Assembly (NCBI GenBank): GCA_017442855.1 | Contig: JAFSPM010000049.1 | Span: 17,490-81,489 of the forward strand | DNA from: Bacteroidaceae bacterium | GTDB lineage: Bacteria; Bacteroidota; Bacteroidia; Bacteroidales; Bacteroidaceae | Reading direction: 5' to 3' | Length of the DNA stretch: 64,000 nucleotides | Shown here: positions 1-8,466 of the stretch, one piece after another | How the letters are laid out: the number at the start of each line of letters is the position of its first letter | Position numbering within the stretch: position 1 is the first letter of the stretch | Position numbers and translations under genes: made by a program | The notes under the pieces: model-generated | Told to the model about the DNA's origin: nothing | Seen by the model: the letters and a program-made list of their open reading frames with translations, nothing else | The model's database searches: none

Positions 1-577
1 GCACGCGTCCGATGCTCAACACCTGTCGGTTTTGACCATATTTAATAGTATAAAGACGGGTAGCATTCATTCCCAATAGCCAGTCGCCAATGGCACGACT
101 CAATCCGGCCTCATAGAGTGATTGGTAATCTGAAGCTTCATGAAGGTGGTTAAAACCTTCTCGTATAGACTCCTCCGTTAATGATGATATCCAAAGTCGT
201 TTGACGGGGCACTTGGCTCCAGCTTTTTGCATCACCCAGCGTTGAATCAGTTCACCTTCCTGGCCTGCATCACCACAGTTGATAATCATATCGGCCTTCT
301 GCATCAATCCTTCGATGATATGAAACTGCTTCTCGTAGGTGTCGTTGTCAATGAGTTTGATGCCAAAGCGAGGCGGTACCATCGGCAATGAGCCCAAGCT
401 CCATGACTTCCAAGAATCGGTATAGTCTTGTGGCTCCTTCAGGGTACAGAGATGTCCGAAGGTCCAGGTCACTTGATACCCGTTGCCTTCGATATATCCG
501 TCTTTCCTGCCAGTGGCTCCCAAGACTTGCGCAATATCCCTTGCCACCGATGGTTTCTCTGCAATGCAAACTATCAT
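1..577 (-). CDS. topB: DNA topoisomerase III, N-terminal part (runs off window start)
   Basis: Not in ORF track. Manual translation from ATG at 577 gives MIVCIAEKPSVARDIAQVLGA...YQVTWTFGHL (Toprim motif) and later ...AIGDWLLGMNATRLYT...SIGRV, typical of type IA Topo III. Confidence 0.93.
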   Translation of the reverse strand, partial: MIVCIAEKPSVARDIAQVLGATGRKDGYIEGNGYQVTWTFGHLCTLKEPQDYTDSWKSWSLGSLPMVPPRFGIKLIDNDTYEKQFHIIEGLMQKADMIINCGDAGQEGELIQRWVMQKAGAKCPVKRLWISSLTEESIREGFNHLHEASDYQSLYEAGLSRAIGDWLLGMNATRLYTIKYGQNRQVLSIGRV

Positions 578-672
578 AAAATCATCATTTGGTGTGCAAA
601 TATATAGAAAACGTACTTCCCTTGCAATGCCTTATTGTTTTTTTTATACCTTTGTACCTCAAAGAAAACAAA

Positions 673-2583
673 ATGAATAGTAATATGACTTTGACTTTAA
701 GAAGACTGGCATTATGCGTTGTATGCACACTCATAGGCGTATGCATGCAAGCGCAAGATGTAACACGTGAATGGGTAGAACAGCACTATACCAAACGTGA
801 GGTGATGATTCCCATGAGAGATGGTGTGAAACTGTTTACGGCCATCTATGAACCCATTGATGCCACCAAGCTGACACCCGTAATCATGCAACGTACGCCC
901 TATCAGGCATCTCCCTATGGCGAAGGGTACAGTTATAATCTCTGGGGCAAGTTGCGCAACTATGCACGAGAACGCTACGTAATCGTCTTGCAGGATGTAA
1001 GGGGAAGGTGGATGAGCGAAGGAGAGTTTGTAGATGTACGTCCTTTCATTGCCAATAAGCAGAGCAACAAGGACATTGACGAGGCAAGCGATACCTACGA
1101 CACTGCCGAATGGTTAATCAACAATGTGAAAAGCAATGGTAACATCGGTGTGTTAGGCACTTCCTATCCAGGTTTCTATGCTACTATGGCTGCTTTAAGC
1201 GGACATCCTGCCATCAAGGCTGTAGCACCTCAGGCACCAGTAACCGATTGGTGGATGGGCGATGACTACCATCATCACGGGGTGTTGATGATTACGGATA
1301 TGCTGGGCTTTGTGGCTCAATCGTTTGGTCGTCCTCGTCCTGTGCCCACGAAGACACAGACACGCATGAAGCCTTTCTTCCAAGATGACGAATACAGTTT
1401 CTTTCTTCGCCAGAAAACACTCAAGAACATCACAAAGATTGTGGGCGACAGTATTGCTTTCTGGAAAGACCTGATGGCACATCCTGACTACGATGAGTTC
1501 TGGCAGGCGCGTGATGCTCGTAGGAATATAAAGGATGTGAAGCCTGCAATATTGCTGACAGGCGGTCTGTTTGATGCTGAAGATTGTTATGGCACCTGGG
1601 GTGTGTATAAGGCACTGAAACAGCAAAGTCCGCAAACGCAAACGCAGTTTATCATGGGACCTTGGTTCCACGGAGCATGGGAACGAGACAGAGGCAACCA
1701 TCTGGGTGACATTTATTTTGGAGCGAACACTTCTGACTATTACCTACATGAGGTAGAGTATAACTTCTTCCAATACTACCTGAATGGTGAAGGTCCGGAA
1801 CCTGACTTAGACAATCACATCTATATGTTCATTACAGGTGCTAACGAATGGAAGAAGTTCAACCAATGGCCTCCTAAAAACAGTGAGCCAGTGAGTTTCT
1901 ACCTGCAAGCCGATGGTAAGCTAACGAACCAAATGCCACAAGCTGGCAAATCGTTCAGTACCTATACCTCCGACCCCAATCATCCTGTACCCTATACCGA
2001 TGAAATCAACAAGGGTAAGACCCGTGAATACATGACTCACGACCAACGTTTTGCCGAACGCCGACCAGACGTTTTAACCTTCCGAAGCGAGGTACTGACT
2101 GAGGATGTGACGCTTACTGGTGAGATTTTGGCCGACTTGCAAGTAGCCATCAGTACTACCGATGCCGACTTTGTAGTGAAGGTGATTGACGAGTTCCCCG
2201 AAGATTTCAAGTATAGTCAAGAGATCATCGACAAGTACAATGACGGCAAGCCCTTGACGACTATCATGGGCAGCTATCAGATGCTGGTTCGTGGCGAAGT
2301 GATGAGAGGCAGATATCGCAACAGTTTCGAACACCCCGAGGGGTTCAAGCCAGGAAAAGTGACACAGGTGAAGTTCGCATTGCCTGATATCGCACATTGT
2401 TTCCAAAAAGGGCATCGTATTGTCATACAGGTTCAAAGTACTTGGTTCCCATTGAACGACCTCAACCCTCAACAATTTATCGATATCACACAGGCTGATG
2501 AAAAAGATTTCATAAAGTCGGACATTAAAATATACCACGAAAAGGCGCATCCATCAAAGATTACTGTGAATAGGTTGAAATAA
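673..2583 (+). CDS. CocE/NonD family hydrolase (alpha-amino acid ester hydrolase-like), secreted
   Basis: Motifs IPMRDGVKL, RTPY, QDVRGR.SEG, GTSYPG nucleophile elbow, GPW.HG; signal peptide. ATG 673 follows a TACCTTTG box at 647-654. Confidence 0.88.
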   Translation: MNSNMTLTLRRLALCVVCTLIGVCMQAQDVTREWVEQHYTKREVMIPMRDGVKLFTAIYEPIDATKLTPVIMQRTPYQASPYGEGYSYNLWGKLRNYARERYVIVLQDVRGRWMSEGEFVDVRPFIANKQSNKDIDEASDTYDTAEWLINNVKSNGNIGVLGTSYPGFYATMAALSGHPAIKAVAPQAPVTDWWMGDDYHHHGVLMITDMLGFVAQSFGRPRPVPTKTQTRMKPFFQDDEYSFFLRQKTLKNITKIVGDSIAFWKDLMAHPDYDEFWQARDARRNIKDVKPAILLTGGLFDAEDCYGTWGVYKALKQQSPQTQTQFIMGPWFHGAWERDRGNHLGDIYFGANTSDYYLHEVEYNFFQYYLNGEGPEPDLDNHIYMFITGANEWKKFNQWPPKNSEPVSFYLQADGKLTNQMPQAGKSFSTYTSDPNHPVPYTDEINKGKTREYMTHDQRFAERRPDVLTFRSEVLTEDVTLTGEILADLQVAISTTDADFVVKVIDEFPEDFKYSQEIIDKYNDGKPLTTIMGSYQMLVRGEVMRGRYRNSFEHPEGFKPGKVTQVKFALPDIAHCFQKGHRIVIQVQSTWFPLNDLNPQQFIDITQADEKDFIKSDIKIYHEKAHPSKITVNRLK

Positions 2584-2649
2584 TTTTGATAATTCAAAAC
2601 CATTGTTTATTTTTGTTGGATGAAAAACGTTTGTAATAATAACTGACAT

Positions 2650-4116
2650 ATGCAAAATTACGAGTTTTCACTGGAGTTTAACCCTGATATCATTCAGCAT
2701 ATCTATTCCTTGATTAAGGAAGACCCTGCCTATACGCCTCGCTTCTTTAGAAGTGGCATGTTGCAAATGGAGCAGGCCTTGCAAGCCATCAATGACACCC
2801 GTGCCATGCGTATTGGTCCTGGAATCATTGACCAAGTAGGCGAACTGTTTCAGAAACAGTTCCCTCACAGTAAAGCAATGGTTGTGGCTGATACCAACAC
2901 TTTCCCCATAGCTGGCAAGCAGGTGGAGGAGTCGCTGATGAGAGCTGGTGTGGTAGTGGAAGAACATGTGATTTACGAAGGGAAGAACCTGCATGCCAAC
3001 TTCGATACTATGGGTGTGTTACTCGACCGTCTGCAACAGTTGCCAGTTGAAGTGATACCTATTGCAGTGGGCGCTGGAACTTTAAATGACCTTACAAAAT
3101 TAGCCGCACATCTGTCAGGACGTCATTATATGGTGGTACCAACAGCGGCATCAAATGGTGGATATACGGCTTATGGCGCTGCTATCCGCATGAATGGCAT
3201 CAAGCAGTCGTTCCCTTGCCCTGGTCCGCAAGCTGTTTTAGCCGATACAGATATTATTATTCATGCTCCCGCAGAACTGAATCAATCAGGCTATGCAGAC
3301 TTATTGGCAAAAATGACAGCTGGTGCCGATTGGATATTAGCTGACTGGATGGGCATTGACCATATCAATGAAAAGGCGTGGAAGATGAGCCAGAACGGAT
3401 ATCATGAAACCATGATGTCGGTGGAAAGAATCATGGCAGGTGAACCTATCGATGAGCGCAAGAACATTGAGAAGATGATGGAAGGCTTACTGTTGAGCGG
3501 TCTGGCCATGCAGGTTGTAAAGAGCGACCTGCCTTCATCAGGTGCCGAACATCAGCTTACAGGCATCTGGGAAATGGAACGTGCCGTGAGCGGCAAAGAC
3601 AAAATAGCTCATGGTAAATTACTGAGTATCGCATTGCTTTCTGTAACAGCTGTATATAACAAATTGCTGGCATTCCCGCTTGACGAGGAACTTGATGTGA
3701 AGAAGTGTGTCAAGGAATGGCCTACATTGGAAGCGTACGAGCGTAAAGCACACGAAGCGCTCAGCAAGGTGGGACTGCAAAAACTTGGTATGCAAGTAGC
3801 AATGTCTAACTATGTGACGCCAGAGAAGCTTAGTATCGAACTGCAGCAGTTGAAAGAATACTGGCCAGAAGTAAGGGATCGTTTAGCACAACAGATCATA
3901 CCCGTACGACAGTTGTATGATATCTTGAAATTGGGTCGAATGCCGACTCGCCCTATTGAAGCCGGAATCAGTTGGGAGCATGTGCGTCAGACATTGGAAT
4001 GTGTTCCTTATCTGAGCAAACGATTCAACGTCATGAGTCTGGCTGCTCGTACAGGCTACCTCACCGCATGGCTGGACGATCTGTTCACTAAGACTAAGAA
4101 GTTTGAGACACTCTAA
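2650..4116 (+). CDS. sn-glycerol-1-phosphate dehydrogenase family protein (AraM/EgsA-like), divergent active site
   Basis: Motifs VADTNT, GAGTLNDL, PTAAS, SGYADLLAK..AGADW, SGAEHQ, HG. Confidence 0.8.
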   Translation: MQNYEFSLEFNPDIIQHIYSLIKEDPAYTPRFFRSGMLQMEQALQAINDTRAMRIGPGIIDQVGELFQKQFPHSKAMVVADTNTFPIAGKQVEESLMRAGVVVEEHVIYEGKNLHANFDTMGVLLDRLQQLPVEVIPIAVGAGTLNDLTKLAAHLSGRHYMVVPTAASNGGYTAYGAAIRMNGIKQSFPCPGPQAVLADTDIIIHAPAELNQSGYADLLAKMTAGADWILADWMGIDHINEKAWKMSQNGYHETMMSVERIMAGEPIDERKNIEKMMEGLLLSGLAMQVVKSDLPSSGAEHQLTGIWEMERAVSGKDKIAHGKLLSIALLSVTAVYNKLLAFPLDEELDVKKCVKEWPTLEAYERKAHEALSKVGLQKLGMQVAMSNYVTPEKLSIELQQLKEYWPEVRDRLAQQIIPVRQLYDILKLGRMPTRPIEAGISWEHVRQTLECVPYLSKRFNVMSLAARTGYLTAWLDDLFTKTKKFETL

Positions 4117-4166
4117 AAGCGGATATTAGAATACTGAGAACTGTTACAATTTTAAGATAAATAACT

Positions 4167-4928
4167 ATGAAAAGAGTTTTGTTGATAATAGTGACTTTGT
4201 TAATGGCCAACATACAAGGCTTCGTCTATGGTCAGAAGGTAATCTGCCATCGTGGCTTCTGGGATACGCCCGGGTCGGCACAAAACTCCATCGCTTCTTT
4301 GGTGAAGGCTGATTCGATTGGAGCTTTTGGCTCTGAGTTCGATGTTTGGATGACAGCAGACGGAGAGTTGGTGGTGAACCACGATAAAGTATTTAAGGGT
4401 GTAAACATGGAGACTTCTACCTTTGAACAGGTAAGAGCCATCCGTCTGGACAATGGAGAGAAACTTCCCACATTGGATGAATACTTAGCCAAGGGCAAGG
4501 AACTGAAGGTAAGGTTGATATTGGAAATGAAGTCACTTTCCGACTTCAATCGCGAGGATGAATGTGCCGCTAAGATTGTACGCAAGTTGAAGCATTACGG
4601 AGTGTTGGATCGTACTGACATCATTGCTTTCAGCATCAATGCTTGCTTGGCATTCAAGAAATTGTTGCCCAACACCAATATCTATTACTTGGATGGTGAC
4701 TACACCCCAAAGAAAGTGAAGAATCTGGGATTGAAAGGCATCGACTATCACCAGAACGCACTAAGAAAAGAGCATCCGGAATGGGTGAAGGAGGCAAAAG
4801 ACCTTGGCGTAGAAATTAATGTTTGGACAGTGGATGATTCCGAGGCTTTGCAGTATTTCATCAATCAGGGCGTTGATTATATCACCACCAACAAACCAGT
4901 GGAATTACAAAAATTGTTGAAGAAATAA
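4167..4928 (+). CDS. Glycerophosphodiester phosphodiesterase family protein
   Basis: Motifs HRG, EFDVW.TADG.LVVNHD, LEMK, WTVD, GVDYITTN.P; signal peptide. Confidence 0.9.
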   Translation: MKRVLLIIVTLLMANIQGFVYGQKVICHRGFWDTPGSAQNSIASLVKADSIGAFGSEFDVWMTADGELVVNHDKVFKGVNMETSTFEQVRAIRLDNGEKLPTLDEYLAKGKELKVRLILEMKSLSDFNREDECAAKIVRKLKHYGVLDRTDIIAFSINACLAFKKLLPNTNIYYLDGDYTPKKVKNLGLKGIDYHQNALRKEHPEWVKEAKDLGVEINVWTVDDSEALQYFINQGVDYITTNKPVELQKLLKK

Positions 4929-4939
4929 ATACTGATAAT

Positions 4940-5650
4940 ATGGCAAGATTTAAAAGAATATTGTTGAAACTCAGTGGCGAAAGCCTGATGGGTGAGAAAG
5001 GTCACGGCATTGACGAAAAACGACTGGGCGAATATGCTGAACAGATTAAAGAAATCCACGAGATGGGTGTACAAATAGGTATCGTAATAGGTGGTGGTAA
5101 TATCTTCCGTGGACTGAGTGGCGCATCGAAGGGCTTCGACCGTGTGAAAGGCGACCAAATGGGTATGTTGGCAACAGCCATCAACTCGTTGGCACTGAGT
5201 AGCGCTTTAACTGCTATAGGCGTAAAGACCCGTGTACTGACTGCCATTCGCATGGAACCCATTGGCGAGTTCTATACTAAGTGGCGTGCCATAGAGTGTA
5301 TGGAGGCTGGCGAAGTATGCGTTTTCGCTTGTGGCACAGGCTCCCCATATTTCACCACAGACACAGGCTCCAGCTTGCGTGGCATAGAGATTGAGGCAGA
5401 CGTGATGTTCAAGGGTACCCGCGTGGATGGCGTTTATACTGCAGATCCTGAGAAAGACCCTACTGCTACAAAGTTTGATGAGATAAGCTACGATGAAGTG
5501 TTGGCTCGCGGTCTGAAGGTGATGGATCTTTCGGCCATTTGTATGTGCAAAGATAATGGCCTGCCTATCGTTGTATTCAACATGGATGTAGTAGGCAACC
5601 TCAAGAAAGTGATCAATGGCGAAGGAATTGGCACTTTAGTTCATCCCTAA
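4940..5650 (+). CDS. pyrH: UMP kinase
   Basis: Motifs RILLKLSGESL, GGGNIFRG, PYFTTD, VDGVYTADP. Confidence 0.98.
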   Translation: MARFKRILLKLSGESLMGEKGHGIDEKRLGEYAEQIKEIHEMGVQIGIVIGGGNIFRGLSGASKGFDRVKGDQMGMLATAINSLALSSALTAIGVKTRVLTAIRMEPIGEFYTKWRAIECMEAGEVCVFACGTGSPYFTTDTGSSLRGIEIEADVMFKGTRVDGVYTADPEKDPTATKFDEISYDEVLARGLKVMDLSAICMCKDNGLPIVVFNMDVVGNLKKVINGEGIGTLVHP

Positions 5651-5676
5651 GAATATAAAATTAAAAAAATAACAAT

Positions 5677-6237
5677 ATGAAAGACGTTAAGACAGTAGTG
5701 GCCGAAGCTCAGGAAGCCATGGGCATGGCCGTAGAGTATTTGGAAGACGCACTGGCTCATATCCGTGCCGGCAAAGCCGACGTACGTCTGTTGGATGGCA
5801 TCAAGGTAAACTCGTATGGTTCTATGCAACCCATACAGAATTGTGCCTCAGTGACTACCCCCGATGCACGAAGCATCGCTATCAAGCCTTGGGACAAAAA
5901 CATGTTCCGCGTGATTGAGAAAGCCATCATCGACTCTAGCTTAGGCATCATGCCTGAGAATAATGGTGAGGTTATTCGCTTAGGTATTCCTCCTTTGACA
6001 GAGGAACGTCGTGTACAGCTTACAAAGCAGTGCAAGGCTGAGGCTGAAAATGCCAAGATGAGCATTCGAAATGCTCGACGTGATGGCATTGATGACCTAA
6101 AGAAATCTGTAAAAGAAGGTTTGTCGGAAGATTTCCAGAAAGATGGCGAAGAAGAGCTGAAGAAATTGCACGACAAATTCGTTAAGCAAGTTGATGATTT
6201 GCTGGCCGTGAAGAACAAAGAAATCATGACAGTGTAA
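5677..6237 (+). CDS. frr: Ribosome recycling factor
   Basis: Motifs IRAGKA, IPPLTEERR, SIRNARRD; follows pyrH. Confidence 0.98.
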   Translation: MKDVKTVVAEAQEAMGMAVEYLEDALAHIRAGKADVRLLDGIKVNSYGSMQPIQNCASVTTPDARSIAIKPWDKNMFRVIEKAIIDSSLGIMPENNGEVIRLGIPPLTEERRVQLTKQCKAEAENAKMSIRNARRDGIDDLKKSVKEGLSEDFQKDGEEELKKLHDKFVKQVDDLLAVKNKEIMTV

Positions 6238-6249
6238 GGGGTGTAAACC

Positions 6250-7188
6250 TTGAGAGGACTTGTCATCAAAAATACAGGAAGCTGGTACCTCGTCAAAACT
6301 GATGAGGGACCAGTTGTTGAATGTAAGATAAAAGGAAACTTCCGTCTGAAAGGCATCCGCAGTACCAATCCTGTAGCTGTAGGTGATTGGGTACATATTA
6401 TCCGCAACCCAGAAGGTACTGCCATGATATCAGAGATAGAAGACCGCAAAAATTACATCATCCGCAAGGCATCGAACCTATCGAAGCAAAGCCATATCAT
6501 AGCAGCCAACCTTGACCAAGCTTTTCTGCTTGTAACGGTAAGTCATCCAGAGACGAACACCATCTTTATTGATCGCTTCTTAGCTACGGCAGAAGCTTAT
6601 AGAGTGCCTGTCTGTTTGCTCATCAACAAAACTGATCTCTACAATGAAGACGAGACCAGATATATGCATGCTCTCATCAACTTATACTCTACCATTGGCT
6701 ATCAATGCTTCCCCATGTCTATAAAATCTGGTAAAGGGGTGGATGTAGTAAAAGAGCAATTAAAAGGAAAAGTAACCTTGCTTTCTGGCAACTCAGGCGT
6801 TGGTAAATCGTCGCTTATCAATCTGCTACTACCCGATTTGGATATTAAAGCAAAAACTTCGGAAATATCATCAGCACATCTAAAAGGAATGCATACCACT
6901 ACATTCAGCGAGATGTATGCATTACCAGAAGGAGGCTATATTGTAGATACCCCTGGCATTAAGGGCTTCGGCACCTTCGATATGGAAGTCGAAGAGATTG
7001 GTCATTACTTTCCAGAGATATTCCACACCTCTGCCAATTGCAAATATGGCAATTGCACGCATACCCATGAGCCTGGCTGTGCAGTGTTAGAAGCTGTTGA
7101 GCAACACCACATTAGTCAAAGCCGCTACCTCTCCTACCTCAGTATGCTGGAGGACAAAGACGAAAAGAAGTACCGCGAAGCATACTAA
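6250..7188 (+). CDS. rsgA: Ribosome small subunit-dependent GTPase A
   Basis: Circularly permuted G motifs [21 protein letters not shown]; C-terminal [14 protein letters not shown] zinc site; TTG start. Confidence 0.97.
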   Translation: MRGLVIKNTGSWYLVKTDEGPVVECKIKGNFRLKGIRSTNPVAVGDWVHIIRNPEGTAMISEIEDRKNYIIRKASNLSKQSHIIAANLDQAFLLVTVSHPETNTIFIDRFLATAEAYRVPVCLLINKTDLYNEDETRYMHALINLYSTIGYQCFPMSIKSGKGVDVVKEQLKGKVTLLSGNSGVGKSSLINLLLPDLDIKAKTSEISSAHLKGMHTTTFSEMYALPEGGYIVDTPGIKGFGTFDMEVEEIGHYFPEIFHTSANCKYGNCTHTHEPGCAVLEAVEQHHISQSRYLSYLSMLEDKDEKKYREAY

Positions 7189-7215
7189 TCAAAATAATCA
7201 ATAAATGCAGATTAT

Positions 7216-7249
7216 TTTTGGCTAAATGCAAAAAAGTAACTATTTTTGC
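7216..7249 (+). promoter_or_regulatory. Bacteroidetes sigma70-type promoter upstream of structured RNA copy 1
   Basis: TTTG (-33) followed by TATTTTTG (TAnnTTTG, -7) at roughly the usual spacing. Confidence 0.55.
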
Positions 7250-7333
7250 AGATGAACAATCGTCCTTTTAGAGAAAAGGACTTTGAGATGTGTTCAAAAA
7301 CAGAATAAATGTAGCGTTTTAACATATTATCCT

Positions 7334-7521
7334 TATTCAGGAACCTCGACAATTTTTGAATCGTATAGGATGATCGGCAAGACGCTCACACCCACTGATT
7401 TACCTTCCACATTCACAAAGTAAGGAATCATGGGCGTGGGCTGTTGCATGATATCATACGATGGGCAGTCGAGGGCCTCTGAATAGATATTGGCAACAAC
7501 ACCCACGCTTTCTTTTTTTTT
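7334..7521 (+). ncRNA. Structured RNA / attenuator-like leader, copy 1
   Basis: Nested inverted repeats TATTCAG/CTGAATA, CCTCGAC/GTCGAGG, ATCGTAT/ATACGAT, CTCACACCCA/TGGGCGTGGG. Alternative helix GCGTGGG-CTGTTGC with GCAACA..CCCACGC, followed by a T-tract. Homologous to 22382-22606. Confidence 0.7.
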
Positions 7522-7781
7522 ATCAGTCCAAGGGTCTTCTTGTCATATCTATTCTCTATCCTGAATCAAGGCAGACATAGCTTCAATATACAAAATGAGA
7601 AACACATTTTGGCACTGGCGCAGGGTAGATATGGCAAGACTCTATTCCTTATAAATTCTAGTTTTAAGGTTTTTAAAATTGAAGCTATACTGGAGCAAGG
7701 TTTTATGCCTTGCTCCTTTAAAAGGAAACCAAAAACAAAAATATCCATAAAAAACGCGCAAGACTACAATTCTTCATGGTT

Positions 7782-7814
7782 AAAAAAGGGCGGGATTCGC
7801 AATCCCGTCCTTTT
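7782..7814. terminator. Bidirectional intrinsic terminator
   Basis: AAAAAAGGGCGGGATT-CGC-AATCCCGTCCTTTT, downstream of the M15 gene. Confidence 0.8.
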
Positions 7815-7849
7815 CAATTAATCAGACCTCTATATAGTTGATGTGATGT

Positions 7850-8386
7850 TCAGCCTCGCAGGAACAATATCTTCCTTCTGTTATTCTGAGGTCTGGCGGC
7901 AAAGTGCAGCCAATAGACATAATTCGTCGGATCAGCTGATTCACTCCGCATGGTTCGTCGCTCCAGAATCAGTTCATCGTAATCCATGTTGCCAGCATTG
8001 GCAATCCAGATGATAACATTCATCAACTGTACGGCATGTTCGGGACCCATGCAACGTATGTCCACCGCGCAACCTGTCAAATGGTTGCTGGTAGGACTTG
8101 GGGACAGTCCGGTTTCTATCATCGCCTGCATCACCTGTTGCGAGCGATAGCCCTGATTGATGATGATTGGCTCAACGTTTACCGACTCATCGTAATCCTC
8201 ATCTGCTGCAATCACATGCCAACGATTGTAGTAATATCGTAAATCTTCCAGCCAGTACTTGCAGAGGTTTTCCAAATTCCTTATGGCTTCCTCGGTAGGC
8301 TCGTTGCCATCTGCTGTTTTATAGCTTGTTTTGGTTAACTCTCCTAACGTAAAGTGCGGGGAGAACTTCTTAGTTCTATCTAACAT
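7850..8386 (-). CDS. Peptidase M15A family (D-Ala-D-Ala carboxypeptidase / endolysin-like)
   Basis: Motifs SPHFTLGEL, GYRS, SNHLTGCAVDI, W.H zinc ligands. Confidence 0.85.
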   Translation of the reverse strand: MLDRTKKFSPHFTLGELTKTSYKTADGNEPTEEAIRNLENLCKYWLEDLRYYYNRWHVIAADEDYDESVNVEPIIINQGYRSQQVMQAMIETGLSPSPTSNHLTGCAVDIRCMGPEHAVQLMNVIIWIANAGNMDYDELILERRTMRSESADPTNYVYWLHFAARPQNNRRKILFLRG

Positions 8387-8409
8387 AATTCTTACTATTT
8401 ATTTTACAG

Positions 8410-8447
8410 AAACCTTCCTGTCATAAGTGGACAAGTGGGTAAGTGAA
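8410..8447 (+). repeat. Island motif copy A: AAACCTTCCTGTCATAAGTGG plus 8-bp-period AAGTGRR repeats
   Basis: Identical over 21 nt to the reverse complement of 22788-22808. Confidence 0.85.
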
Positions 8448-8466
8448 TATCTGTAGATTATTTTCC

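Noticed and set aside
7540-7821. 93-aa and 60-aa ORFs
   Set aside because: TTG start or AT-rich drift, the longer ORF runs through a terminator, and neither has a recognisable motif.
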